Assembly (NCBI GenBank): GCA_030390025.1
Contig: CM059432.1
Coordinates: forward strand, 92,072,001 to 92,136,000
Direction: 5' to 3'
Source: Squalus acanthias
Taxonomy: Eukaryota
DNA length: 64,000 nt
Positions 13,661-27,130 of this stretch are shown piece after piece (positions within the stretch are counted from its first letter, which is position 1; each line of letters opens with the position of its first letter). A program made the translations under genes and the position numbers. Under the pieces are notes generated by a model. That model saw only the letters and a list, made by a program, of their open reading frames with translations. It ran no database searches and had not been told where the DNA came from.

Positions 13661-13697
13661 AGTTCTGACGAAAGGTCATCGACCTGAAACGTTAACT
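13661..13697 (+). ncRNA. Minimal type I hammerhead ribozyme motif
   Basis: Stem I AGTT/AACT, core CTGACGA, stem II AGGTC-atc-GACCT, GAAA, palindromic ACGT stem III, GUU cleavage triplet. Confidence 0.65.
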
Positions 13698-16600
13698 CTG
13701 TTTCTCTCTTCACAGATGCTGCCTGACCTGCTGAGTATCTCCAGCATTTTCTGTTTTTATTTCAGATTTCCAGCATCTGCAGTATTTTCTTTTTGTATTA
13801 ACATCACAGGTTTAATAGCTGATCTGTGCTCAATGAGCTGTGCTAGTCAGCTGGGATGGTGGTAGGGGAGCGACAGTTGGCCTTGGCACTTCTGCGTTAA
13901 GGAGGGGAAAATTGTCTCGGTTCTCGGCCTTCAATAGGGGGACAAAGAGAGGGGAAATACACAAGAACCTGTTACCAGAGAAACAAAGTTCAGAAGGGCT
14001 GTAGGGCTGGAGTAGGTAATAGAGAGAGGGAAGGGTAAGGCCACTCATGAAAATGGCCACTTGGGTGAAGTACTAGATGCTGACTAATGCTTGTTGAACC
14101 ATTAACTTCTGCGTGGAGTAAATAGGTGCCTGGCTTCTGGAAATTGGCAGTAATTGTCGATGATTACAAATCTGATCTGATGTCTTCTATTTCTACCGCA
14201 AAATGTTTCCGTCGTAAAAGTAACTAATTTTGTTCATAGATGGCAGGGAGATTTCTTTCCTTTACAATTGCCCTGACTTTCCTCACCAGCGCAGTTGTCA
14301 GTGAACATGGGGTGGGCAGCCTTTCTGCCTGTTCGAGGTAGTAAACAGTGACCAGACAAATGTTACATATTGCCATCTGCGATTGGCAGCTTGTCACTGG
14401 GGGAAGTGGGATATGGCTGATTACTGCAGAATTCCAACACCTGCAGCAGCTTAAAGGGCCAGGCAGCACCCCAAACTTAAATAATATTACTGCCTCCACT
14501 GAAGATGCAACGTCACTTTCAGCAGAAAATCCTCGAAGTGGCTGGAATTGTCAAGGAGCCAGTATAACGCCTCTCTAAGCATTTTTCTGCGTCCCGTCCA
14601 CCAAAACACCTCCCAAAATTGGGCAGTAACGCCTTGGAAAACCCTGGTTCCGGTGGATTCCACCTTGTCACACAAAGGCAGATTAACTTTTCTCAGTAAG
14701 CAGTAATTCTAAATTTTTAACAGCATTGGGACAAGGTAAAACTCTTGGTGCTAGACAGCCAACTGGGCCAGACTGCTCCAGCCAAATCTGAGTCCCAGCA
14801 GTCTGCAGCCGGGTCATCAATGGCCAGAGCTCCTCGGGGTTGCCCACCATGGCTATCTCGTGCCCTCAGCGGAAGATTAGCAGCTTTCCCCACCTGGGAA
14901 CCACCTCGTAGGAGCACTAGCATGGGTAAAACAGCACACAAGACAGGCGCTCAGGCTTTGTACAAGAGTGACTTATAGATAGGCCTCAATCACCCAACCA
15001 TTTGTGAAATCAAAAATGGAGTCTGTTGCAATTAAAAATGTTTTGTTTTGGTATATTGTGGTCTTCATACCCACATAATGCAAGGCCTTCTTGCCATTGC
15101 CTCCCCTGCCTTCTTCATGCAGCCTGTGCAGGTCTTTATTGCCTTCATTGCTGCTACTCCTCTTCCTGATTTGGAAGCCTCAATGGTAAGCTCAGCAGCA
15201 TTCCAATGTTCAGCAATTCTGAACAAGCAAATTTTATGTAACATCTCTTGCCCTCCACAAACTCACTCTGCAAAAGTATCAAAATGAGAAACACTTGCCA
15301 AAACAGCCAAAAACCTGACCCAAAAGTTCCCTAACAGCCTAAAACGACTAACGAGAGACTTACCTTGATGAAGGTGAGGACACCTTTAAACACCACTTGT
15401 GAAAGCTGCTTGACAATTGGTCGCACCATGATTTGCTGGGCGGGTTAAGGAAGTGACGTTTCAGGCATGCACGGACCCCAATTTAATGAAATTGTCCTGA
15501 TTCTGGTGCAGGCCCCTTATCATCATATTTAAATGGTGCCTGCGCTTGCTGCAAGCGGCCGCCGTGGATGCCTATTGAGCGCCTGGGCCAATATGGCATT
15601 GTGTGCGCTTCTGGCGGTCTTCCGGCAGGGAACATCACGCTGCTGTATTGGACTTCACACATCTGTCTCCCATAAAATCTAGTCCTTACACTCTTTAAAA
15701 ATAGTTCATCGCTATCTTAATTTGCAGCAGTTTAGCACAGACCAGATTGAAAGCATGTTATGAGGTTTTGTTGCAAAACAATGCGACTAGTCAAGTATGA
15801 AGCCCCAGTCAATTTAATTACTTAAATGAAATAAATGTCAACAGATGATTGTCTGAATTTAGAGCTCCATTTCATGGGACAACAGCCCTTTTCTTGACCT
15901 AAATGACTTCTTTTTACAAATCATCATGTTGCTATTATGATTATGCCACAACATTTTGAAGGAAAATTCTCTGAAGTTAGGTTTATGGAACCACTTTAAC
16001 AAGATCATCAATAAAGATAACTGCTTGTCACTGACTGAAGTGTTTTTATTGCTGTGGTGATCTAAGGGAAGATTTTGACTCCTTTAAAAACAATTTTCAC
16101 ATAATTGAGTAATACTGAGTTTCCATATGAAAACTACCTTTCATTTCACTATGAATTTTATAAGAATATCTTGTAACTTTCTAATAAACTGACAAGATGA
16201 TCTGCAAGCAATAGCTCGATTATTTTGGTTATACACTCAGCACCATGAGATATTTTAATATGAGATGTCTGCAGTGTTCAACTTGTTGCCATAGATGCCA
16301 ACAACCATATTTTGCACAGACAATTAGCGTTTCGGGACCACATTTGTGCTATTAAGTTGGCGATACAAACACTGGCCCCACAATACATCGTGTGTTACCT
16401 CTGTCAGATGCGTATCGTCTGCATTTGCATGTTAATTTACCCTTAATGGCAATTTAAGATGACAAATCAAGATACAATGCAATAATTGAATCAATTAGCT
16501 TAACACACCAGAAATTAGTTTCTTGATTCACATAAGTCAAGATCAACAATAATATCAACAGAAAAAGAATAAAGAAGCCTAGATCCACAAAAGACAATTA

Positions 16601-18988
16601 TATTTTATTGTGCAAGAGGATTACAGCCATTTTTGGCATAGGAGGTGGTTACTAAGTGAATGCAGCATTATTACTGAAATCAAAAGGACTTGGATGGATG
16701 TCTGTAAATTATTCAATAATAAACTCAGCCCAGGCATGCCTGCCAACTGTCTGTTTTCTGTGCAGACAGCGTCCCTTTGAGCCCCCATTCTCACTACTCA
16801 CATTTGTGGCTAGTAATGAGTGGAATTGGAACTCCTTGTCACTCCTTGTCCTGCACCTCCTGGGCCAAGTGCCTAATACAATGGATAAGCTGTGCTCCTC
16901 CTCTTCATGTGCTTCTAGCACTCATGCCAATTGTCACCTCTGTGTATTAGATCGGCAACTCTCTCAAGATTGTGAGCTCCCATGTCCAGTATACAGAGCC
17001 AATAATCTGCCATTAGCACTAGAAGTGGTGCAAAAAAGGAAGAGCAGGGTCTGTGCAACACATTAGTCACCAGAATCAGGTAGCAGCAGGCAGAGGACAG
17101 TAGATGGAGAGGGGAGAATGTATGGCAAGGGAAGGGGGCAAAGTGCACAACATGATGACAGGAGGGAGCAGAAAAGCTAGAAAGGGGGAATGAATGGGGA
17201 GCAGAGGGAAGGGAGAGTGAAGATTAATGAAAAGGGAGGAGTTTATTGCAGTGAAAGAGGTTTAGTGGATGGGCGCCAGTGTCTTTGTGAACTGGGTCTG
17301 GAGAGGTTATAGTGTCCTTATGAACTCGGGGCAATAGGGTCTGGATGCCTGAGAGTGACTGTTGAAAATATTTAAAAGTTTACTTGTTGTTTCCATCTCA
17401 TAGTGATGAGAAGAAAAGCGATATGAGATGACATGAGATTGATTTAAGCGAGGAAAATTTGTGCAGCGTTTGCCTCACTCTTTCTGCCCTCACATCTGAA
17501 TCCAGTGGCAAGGCAAAGTCGAGAGGTCTGGAGATGGGGTGGGCTGCAGTGGATGGCCTGCAGTATCTGATCCACCCATACCGAAGACCTTAGCTTTCCA
17601 AAAAGCCTTGCTACCATGCCTTCTTAGCCGGAGAAGTTAGCATATCTGCTCAGTCCAGCTAAATCACCACAGCAGCCCCATGACATAACTTATTTACTAA
17701 TTGTTATGTGGTTTTCCTCCTTAATTTAAAGTGCAATGCGATGTCTTGTTGCACTTGAGAAGTGCTATAGGAATACAAGTTCTTTACATCAATGTTGGTG
17801 TCTCTAGGCAGAATGGCAAAAAAAACTGCTTTAACAATAATTTTCTACCTGCAGAAACCTGAATTGAAAGATCCAGCTTTAGCCTCCTCTGTTTCAGGAA
17901 CTTCTTACCCCTACCTTGAACAGCTGATCCTGACAGCTGCCACATTGCACTAAATAGTGGTAAGTTACTCTGGTGCAGCAGTGATCCAACTTCAGGAAAC
18001 TTAGAGGTGCTTCTCCACTGACTCTCACTTTGACATATTGGGCCGGATCTTGCTAGAAATTTAATGGCGTGTTAACGACGCATGTCATTATTAATGTGCA
18101 AATCGGCCGGCAAATTCAGTCGATTAAGAGATACGGCGTGAGTTGTGAATCTTCAGAACTTGCTGGCCGATTTACTCCGCTCTGCCATTTGCTTCGTACA
18201 AACTGCATCTCGCCCTTAGCCTCCCTGTTAACTTGCTGGATTTGCACATTAATTGCCCAGTAAACTCACCACAGAATGTTAATTAATTAAGAGCGTGTAT
18301 ACCCTTTTAATGTGATAATTGTTAATGCAATGCCAATCAACCTCTCTGGCCCAGAATGGGAACAATTTAAAGCGTTCAATCTCATTCCTGCATGTAGGCA
18401 ATTGTTGATAGATTTAAAAAAATTAAATTTTAAATTTAATATTTTTTCTTATTTTTCTTTTCTGTCTCTTTGTTCTCTCACTCTTATTCCAATATATCTT
18501 TCCCTCACTTTGGCCTAGAAATTCGGGGGTTTAGCGCTGGCCATTAAGATCCGTTTTGATGAAAAAATGGCGGCCAACCTGCTTCTTCACACTTCCGGTG
18601 GGTCTCGCGACGGCTGCCATTTTGGCGCCTTTGCCAGTGCTCTTTCCAGATATTTAGATTAGGCAGATCATGACGTCAATGAGTGTACAACGCTGATTTG
18701 ATGCATGATCTGCCATTTTGGATATCGCCGCTTCTATAATGCCCTCTCCAAATCACGATCAACTGACCCAGCGTTCAGCAGCAGGAAGGAGCCCCCAGCA
18801 ACATTATTTAAACGGATCATCAACAACTTGCAGCTGACATACTTTTTCAGTTCTACTAAGTTTGTACAACTGTGTGGAGCTTTCTAAAGTTGTTTAAAGT
18901 TGCTGAGATCACAGGCAGTGTTGCTGCAAGTGGAGAACGCCTGGCTTTTCATTTAAAGGCTTCTGCTCACACCAATTGCTCCCAGTCA

Positions 18989-20110
18989 ACGGGGCTCTAC
19001 TTGCAGTGCCCCACGCGCTCGAGTATGACGGAGATGGAGCAGAGGCAGCGAAGAAGAAGACAAGATGCTCACAGAGGGAAGAGGTGCAGGGGCAGGAGGG
19101 CTCTCAGCAGGAGACCTCACCCACCTAGGGTCTTCCGAGAGCACCTCTCCTGCCTGCACTTCAGCCAGGAGCAGTGTATTAGGAGGCTACGCTTCACCAA
19201 GGAGGTGGTCACAGAACGCTGCCACCTCCTACAACCAAATCTGCAGCCTCAGAACAGGGTGACCATGGCTCTCTCAGTGACTCTCAAGGTCACTGTCACC
19301 CTCAATTTTTTCACCACCGGATCCTTCTAGTCTGCAGCAGCCGACATAGCTAACATCTCCCAGTTCGCCATCCATCGCTGCATCCGGGAGGTCACAGAGG
19401 CTCTCTACTCCAGGAGAAGGGACTTCATTGTCTTCTCTTGAAACAGAGAGAAGCAGGACAAGTGCACATGTGACTTTGCCAGGATAGCGGGCTTGCCCAT
19501 GGCGCAGGGCGCCATCGACTGCACACACGTGGCTTTGCGGGTACAGTATAACAATTCCGAGATGTTCCGTAGCCGCAAAGGCTACCACTCACTTAATGTA
19601 CAGTTGTTGTGCAACCACGCCCAGTGCATCATGATGGTGAATGCCCGCTATCCTGATGCCTTCATCCTGCGCCAGTTTGGTGTGCCATCAATCTTCCAGC
19701 CACCACGTCAAACCCAAGGGTGGCTGCTCGGAGTCATGGGCTATCTGCTCTGCACCTGGCTGATGACGCCCCTCCACAACCCCACCACTCGTGGCCAGCA
19801 ATCATATAATTACAGCTGTGCTGCCACGAAGAATGTCATCGAGCAGACGATCAGGGTGCTCAAGCAACTGTTCTGCTACCTTGAGAGCCCTCCAGTACTC
19901 ACCAGAGCGAGTGTCCCATTTCATGGTGGTCTGCTGCATGCTCCACAACTTGGCCATCATGAAGACGCAGCCCTTGCCACCAGGGGTTCCGGGGCCACCT
20001 CAGGAGGACAAGGAGGAGGAGGAGGAAGAAGAGGAAGAGGAGGAGGATGAGGAAGAGGAAGAGAAAGAGGAGGAGGAAGAGAGGAGGCAGGCAGCGAATC
20101 CCTCTGTCAC
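18989..20110 (+). pseudogene. Harbinger (HARBI1-like) transposase pseudogene
   Basis: Motifs RRLRFTKEVV, LNFFTTGSF, GAIDCTHV, KGYHSLNVQ, IEQTIRVLKQ, CCMLHN and a Glu-rich tail. In-frame TAG at 19328-19330, the GD motif changed to GV, and a frameshift near 19885. Confidence 0.9.
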
Positions 20111-20257
20111 GGAATATCACAGCGTTCTCCTCGGCACAAAGCTGAAATGACACATTCCAAACAAAATTCATAAATTTATCAAATTCAAATCAAAAGAACA
20201 AAATCAACTAATCATTCTTGTACATTCCCTTAGTGCCTGTCTTTCATGTGCCTCTTC

Positions 20258-22174
20258 CTATTCTAGTGCTCCTATGAAGTGCTCCCCCAGTGGCTGCAGC
20301 ATGGCTGGTGGAAGGCTGCTGACTTTCAGTGGGGGAGACTGCAGATGGCCTTGCAGGACAACCTCAAGCAGCTCTGGGCCTAGAAGGCCTGGCTGTAGAC
20401 TGCACAACCTCGGCATGGGTGGCAGCAGTCTGGGTTGGCTGACAGGCAGCAGCAAGAGCACTGACAGAGTGGCATTGGTGGAAGTATGAATGCAGTCATT
20501 CCTGAGAGATGACAGCAGGTTCTTGCTCCACGGAGCCACTGCCACGCCTCTGGGGCGGTGCCTCAACAATCCTAGTAATTTGTTGGATTGCTGGCCCGCT
20601 GCAACACCCTGCAAGCTCCTTTCGACACTCGTAAACTTGGCGACGATGGCAGCAGTCTGAGCTTCCTCTGCAGCAGTGAGACGTTGGGTCATTTCCGCCT
20701 ATGCTGCAATGGAAGCTGCGAGATCGCTCATCACACCTACAAGCAATATTCCCTTCAAGCTGCATGGCCGCGCAACACTCCGGGCTCCCACCAGCCGGTG
20801 AACCAGCTTTTAAATTCAAAACACGGCACATGCGCGGACTTTGAATGTGCCGTGCAGCCTGTTAAAGGGGCCATGGGCCCAAAAACAAATTACGGGGAAC
20901 ATTGCCCACCAGCATATTTGGGTCCACAAGGTCTCTCCTGGAGTTGCCCATCATTTCTATCCTGGAAATCATGGGCTCCAAACTCTGCGCAAAGACCCGT
21001 GCAAAGTTGGAGCCAGAATCCTGCATGCTCCTTGACACTGACAAGAGGCTCTCTGGCAGGCTTGCCATTGCACCAAGCATTTCCATGTGCATGCTCATCA
21101 CCCTTATTCTGAAGGCCGCCCCATCGAGCTCATCATCTGAGTCCTGTGGAGCAGAACATGTATGCGAACTCTCCCTCCGGAGAACTGGCACCTGAACTAC
21201 CCTTTCCCCCTAGCCTGGCTGCAGCCCACTTGTGCCTGGTAACTCACCACGTGGTGATTCTGCCTTTTTATAACCCTCTAAAGTATGCGCAGTGCCATTT
21301 TCTGAGCTGGTGTCTGCGAGTGTTAGATGCAGTGCCAGTGTCCCTTCTCCTCCATCAGTATCTTTCTTATGTTCAGTGATAGGCTAGGCAGCTTGGAAGT
21401 TCTTGGGTATCTGAAAGCAGAAAGGCACAAGGGTCGGGTTGTGGTGAGGGAAGGGGGGGAAAGCAAGAGATCCATGCCTACACCATCAACAGCTTGTAAG
21501 TGAGAAGAGATTGTGGGATGAGGGGGAAGTGGGATGTGAGAAGAAGGATTAGTTATGAGCATACTTTCATCATCAGCAATGCTTTCAACTTTTCCGCTCG
21601 CCACGAACTCTGTCACAACCCCTCCAATTATTTGCAACACTGATTTCTCCAGGTCAGTTAGTTTCTCAATCCTCGCTTGTTACCCACCTGTCTGCTGTTG
21701 CTCGTGGCGGTTGTGTGCCACCTTGTCCTGCAAGAGAAAGGGAAGTGTGTGAGTGAGTGTGGAGCAATGTGTTTGGGTGATGTGCCTTTCATGGTTGATT
21801 AGCTAGCAGTGTGTGCAAGGTGTGAGATGTGGGTGTGAGTATTGCAGCAGTGATAAGATTGTGAGGGTGAAGTATTGTTGGTAGATGAGTAATGGGGGTG
21901 TGGTGCATTGAGTAGTGTATGAGGCTTGTGGCACAGATGGTGGGATATGCCATTTGCTGAAGCCTTCACTCACCTGGATCCAGGTACTGGGGACAACACT
22001 CGTCGCTGTGACAGATTGTGCTATCTCCTCCCAGATCCTTCTGCTGATTACCTTTAATGGCATCTTGCCCCCATGTGGGTATAGGACATCCCATCGGTGT
22101 TGGACCCCCAGGACCAAGGGCTCCAATGCAGCATCTGAGAAACGTCTCACCCTTTCTCAAGGGTGTTGAGCCAT
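20258..22174 (-). pseudogene. Harbinger Myb/SANT-like gene, 3 exons (~22174-21972, ~21727-21566, ~21410-20258), disrupted
   Basis: RFSDAALEPLV...IWEEIAQSV in exon 1 and DKVAHNR..TGG in exon 2. GT/AG sites at positions equivalent to the intact gene at 29768. Contains stops and frameshifts; exon ends are approximate. Confidence 0.75.
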
Positions 22175-23332
22175 GGCTTCTTTTCACCTGACAGTGAGGT
22201 GATTCTGCAACAAAGCACCTCCCCTTTAAGTAGTAGAGAGAGCCGAGGCCAAACTTTATTGGCCAGTAGACTGCTCCAGATATTGGCCCCCCGTTGAGCG
22301 CTAAGCCAATCAGCAGCGCGTTTAGTGGTGAGATCAGTGCTGCAATCATGTTAATGAGCAGCCAGCATGAATTTTGCGTGCTGCCTGCACCACTTAGAAC
22401 AGGTGCAGGCAAATAGCGCTGGGCGGTGCCCCCGCCCATTTTCGGGTCTTATCCAATTTCTAGGCCTTTATTTCTCCTTCTGTACCTGATTTGACTCTAA
22501 TTCACCCTATTTCTTTCTCTATTGTTCTGCTGTTTCTTTCTCAATCCTTAAGTCTTATTGGTAAAGGAGATAGACTATTAGTCCCACCATTCACTAAGGT
22601 CCCAGATGCCCCGTTGCCTTCGCTATGTTGTTATCAGCTCGCACTTCCAGCAAGTTACAACGCAAAACAATTTTGAGCTGAAGAGTGCAGAAAAAAGTCT
22701 AACTAAAGGCACAAACCATGAGATGCCCCGCTCCAGCAAGATTCGACCTAATCAAATGGGGCCAGTGACGATTTGGCGGACAGATTGCGGGCGAGCTGCA
22801 GGAGCACAGAGAGACTTGCCGGGAAGATGTTTAAACATAGAAGTTGGGTGGAAGCAGCTTCCACTTGACCTTCCTTTCACTGAAAGGTTCCTGCGCTATT
22901 CCAGCATAGCAGGTGTACCTGAAACGGTGAATAAATTCACCCCCTTGATGCATTTTCGTACAGAAATGCAACCATCATTCCATCTGACGTGATTTTTTAT
23001 CGTCATCTGGAATTTATGTGGGGGTTTCTCCTGATTGTCCGCTGTAACTTTGGTAGAAGATTGGCAGAAGACCCAGAGAAACAGTGTAAATAGCCATTTA
23101 CGCCATTTCTCCGCGGTTTCCAACAAAATTACAGCTAGAGTTTGTGGAAACCCCCATGGCAATTCTACCTGACACCAGTGGAATTGTACTGGATTCCAAT
23201 TAAATTCAATCTATTAACAGTCTATGGGAAATCAAAGTGCTATTTGTGCAACTGAACTTCAGAGTTAAGAACATTTCTGACAATATTTACCGAGGAAAGT
23301 ATTTGAAATAATTTGTATTGGCTCAGAATAAT

Positions 23333-23965
23333 GGCCCAGAAATTCGGCTCCCTGGCTTCCCGCGGGTGCAAGGATCCCGCCCGCACCTACCTACCGCGCC
23401 TGCCGTTGACCTCTGGGCCCACGGGGACTTCAGCTCCTGGGCCTCCTGCAGCTGCCGGCGCGCAGTGCTTGTGTATCCCAGGGGCGTAGTTAGTGCGATG
23501 CGTCCCCTGGGATCACGTTGGCCATGGAGAGCCAATGGCAGCAGACCATCTTTCATTCATAGATTTGACAGGAAGACTTGTCAAATCTATGAATTGAAAT
23601 CGGCCCCAAAACAACACCTAAACTTCAAATACATTTTTTAAAAAACCATCAAATTTTTAAAATAACTATAAGTTAAATAAATTAACTACTTTAAACAAAA
23701 ATTTAAATTTTTGAAAAAATTAAAATACTTTTTAACAGTGCTAAAAATAAACTTACCTTTCTTTAAAGTATCTAAAAAAGATAAACCTGTTGAAAAAATT
23801 CTCCTCTCCTGCGCACGCAGTTCACCTCTAAACCCCTCCCTTCACGAGACCGGAAGTTCCGGTTTCCCGTGCATGCGCAGTGCATGCAGGAAACCGGCAC
23901 TTCAGGAGGCCTTACGGGTGAGTACACAGCGCGTACTCACCCGGCAAGTGCCGAATTTTTGGCCC
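23333..23965 (-). mobile_element. Harbinger-type MITE (copy of 12741-13503 with internal deletion)
   Basis: TIRs GGCCCAGAAATTCG / CGAATTTTTGGCCC. TSD AAT at 23330-23332 and 23966-23968. Highly similar to the reverse complement of 12741-13503. Confidence 0.85.
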
Positions 23966-26900
23966 AATGTTGATTTTTGTCAGTGCCAGAGCAATGGCCC
24001 TAAATAGTTCATAGCAGGGTACTGAAGAAGAGAAGAGAAGCAAAAGGCCATGAGATTGAATTAAGAAAATCCTAAAATTTGTCTATAAGGCTTTGGGTCA
24101 GTGTGGTTTGATTTTGTTTTGCTGAACCCTGCAGAATTCCATTCTAATTAAGTGTGAGAGCAGCAAATCCAGCAAGCACAACTCAATCAGCTCAGGTCCA
24201 CAACTTCCATGTGAAATTTAAAAGGGCTGATTCCTGATCGTAGGATAAATGGCTTGCATACTCTGTACTTTCTGCATGGTAGCCTGACCACATTGGATTC
24301 CACAAAGGTTGGATCATTTAACTAATTTAAATATTTTCCCGGAGTTGTTAATGTATGCAGAGAGCGCTGTAGCATCTGGTGAGGCGGAAATCCTGAGTGC
24401 AGCAGCTCTTAAAGGACTGCTGCACTTAAAGTGAGAAGGAATCTATTTTCCGGAGAGCTGATGGCTGGTAATGAAGATGGCTTCAGGAGCACCTTCACTG
24501 AAGTGAACGTGAAGATCCTGCTGAGGAAATAACGGTGGCAGCACTGATTGACATGAAAATCATGTTGGGGTCTTAACTGTATCATTTGACCCCCTACTTC
24601 AATATTTTAATTAGACCCCACCTCTTTCCAGTGGTTGCCTAAATCGAGGTCCGCCTGAAAATTGGAACCATCTCCAAATCAGAAAGAGTCACCTGCCTTA
24701 CTCAGATCTGTAGCGGGGGTCGCCACCTGATCTGTCCAGACAGCAGAATCTCTGAAGGTAATTTTAACCTAACCTACTCAGTGCGAAACTGACTGAATCA
24801 GATCGGCCTCCAGAATTCCTGCTCATGTGCTGATCATAAAACTGTTGTAAAAATTATATTTAAAAGAAATAAAAGGAAAACGTGATCTTCCACAGTGTAT
24901 GCTAGAAACACGGTTCAGGTGGTGGCCGACCTTGCCATATCACTGAAAGACACAGGTTCCTCTTTGTCCTCTTCCCCAATTAAATCATGGCTGTAATTCC
25001 TCACCTGAAACAAGAGTCTATAATATCTCAAATCGGTATGAATTCCTGGACTACATAAGATCCAAGCAGCCGTAAGTTGATCCACAAGCTTCATTGTCAC
25101 CCAGGTAAATATCGACACACGATGGTTCAAATATTGTTGGTCGAAGAATTGAAACTATAGAAACTACTTCTACCATCTTAATTTGACTATTATTAACCAT
25201 CCCTCTGCCAAAAGCAGGACACAACAATTGCTGTGATTGTTACATAGCGCTCTTTGTATGAACACTTTAAGTATTCTTGGTGATTGTTTTTGACTGGACC
25301 AGTGAGTAACTGCTACAATTAAAAAAGTGTGTTTTACTTTAGCTTACTCCATGCAATTACCTTCAGTAAGCTACTGTTTTTAGTCATTTGGATATGCAGT
25401 TTGTTTTCCATTAGTTGCTCATCAACATAATGCACAGTGGGATTTGTACTTTGGATGCATTGGTTGTGTTAATGGTCTATGGATGCAGCTATAGACTCAT
25501 TCAAATTCCACGCTCTATTTTCCACATGCTGTTTATTTCTAATAGCTGATTTATTCATTGTGCTTACTATCTTACTTTCCACCTCTTTCACTGGTTTGTT
25601 TTCCATATCCTTCATTTCTCACTTAGCTCTTTCGCTTTTCTGTTTTTTTTCTGTTCTACTCGCTGTTTATTACCCTTGTTGCTTTTTCACTGGCCTGTTT
25701 TTGCTTTTCACATTTTTCAGTGGAACTGCACCTTTTTTTTAATTACACCCCCTGAAGTGCTTTGGGATTTTTCTCCACGTTAAGATGCCTTAAAAATACA
25801 AGTTGTTGTTGTTATTGTTGTTGTTATAAGAACATAAGAAAGCATGGACTGAGAGAAAGTCATTTGGTCCTTCAGGCCTGTTCCTCTCACAGACCCCAAG
25901 TAGTATCACAGACTCAATTCAACCCGTTTCATTACTTTCAGGAAAAAAAATCTGCGGTCTCTGGACTGTTGGTGTAAAACTGCAGAACACCCGATCTAAC
26001 TTTCATCCAAGATATATGCTCTTGACCAATTGCCCCACCTTGGCAAAACAGTTTTAAATTTCTGACAGTTCAGCAACAAATACATTTAATCGTCCTCTTC
26101 ACTGTGCTTTGAATCTTTAAGCATTGCAGTCAATCTTACCACTTGCCACCCATTTGACATAATTCAACGTGTTTTCTGCAGTCCTGTGGCTTTCATTATT
26201 GAATAATTGTCAGAAGCGCTTTCATGGTCAAAAGTCGAAATATCACTCCCACATGCTGTGTTTCAAATGATCTAATTGGTAACTTTAATTTTTCATTGGT
26301 GGTTCCTCTGATTGAGGGGTAGTCCTGCTGTTGACTTTGTTCTCCTTCACCCGTGCTGAGCCTAAGATGTTGGATGGAAGCCCATGGTGCCATCTGTGTC
26401 TTTCTCTTCTGGCACAGTAATGGTGGGCACTTCACAAGATGTTTTCTGATGTGGAAGAATCAACTGTGTGAATATAAAAGAAAGCAATATCATTATATCA
26501 GTTAAACTACTTTGCATCATCTGTGGAGATTGCTAATGATATGTAACATCAAGCTGTGAACGAAACTGATCTTTGATAAACTGTGGGAAAACATTATTTA
26601 GGATTGATTCATTTTCCATTCCGCATGGCAGATGGTGCTTGACCAGAAAGGACAAACAGGGAACAATTAATTGGGCGGTGATACTTATCATCGGATCCTC
26701 ACCAGCCTTATGCAGCATGCCATCTTACAGTGGGCATCTGAGGCCTGCCTAAAATGCTCTCTCCCAAATTGTACAAGAGCCTCATTTAAATATCACATGC
26801 TAATACCAATATAATGAACACAAGTACAATTGCACAATTTTCATCATGAGGAATGCACACCCTCCCTCACCACAGGATGCTTAGCATACCATGCATTAAT

Positions 26901-27130
26901 GACCGTAAAATATATTGGTGTTCAGATAGCATCCTTCTTCTAATTACAAGCTCTGTGAGGTCTGAATCGCAGGGCTGTGCTGTGGGGGTAGGGCATGGAC
27001 TGGCCTTCTGGTCTCAGTAATGCTGCAAGTGTTTTGAGATGAAACTTTTTGTGCATGTATACTTTGTCCATCTACTTGATATAAGGAAAGACCAGTTAAC
27101 CTTATTTTAGCAGACTTCCTCAGGCTATTA

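Larger units (their letters stand above)
12520..13801 (+). mobile_element. Fold-back Penelope-like non-autonomous element (inverted pLTR arms), interrupted by a MITE
   Basis: Arms ~12520-12740 and ~13535-13757 are near-perfect reverse complements. 14-bp TSD CATCACAGGTTTAA at 12506-12519 and 13802-13815. Each arm has a hammerhead motif. Confidence 0.75.
18512..22466. mobile_element. PIF/Harbinger transposon, two-gene type, decayed
   Basis: TIRs GGCCTAGAAATT / AATTTCTAGGCC. TSD TTT at 18509-18511 and 22467-22469. Transposase (+) and Myb/SANT (-) remnants are convergent. Confidence 0.9.
18040..22749. mobile_element. Harbinger-type MITE split by the 18512-22466 transposon
   Basis: Degenerate TIRs GGGCCGGATCTTGCT / AGCAAGATTCGACCT. 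Pyrimidine-rich sequence continues across the TTT TSD of the inner element. Confidence 0.55.

Noticed and set aside
14090..17700. Possible very old Harbinger/MITE remnants (also ~4200-4760, 5455-5970, 24290-24820, 33770-34200)
   Set aside because: They resemble Harbinger debris but have no definable TIR/TSD pairs or convincing protein motifs.
17855..17959. 105-nt segment between a good acceptor (CTGCAG) and donor (GTAAGT)
   Set aside because: Stop codons in all three frames. At most a non-coding or cryptic exon.
24915..25205. Exon-like minus-strand segment (TTTCTATAG acceptor ~25155, CAG|GTGAGG donor ~25005, open frame FQFFDQQYLNHRV...YRLLFQ)
   Set aside because: The peptide is not recognisable and no partner exons were found. 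It cannot be supported without RNA-seq or TBLASTN.
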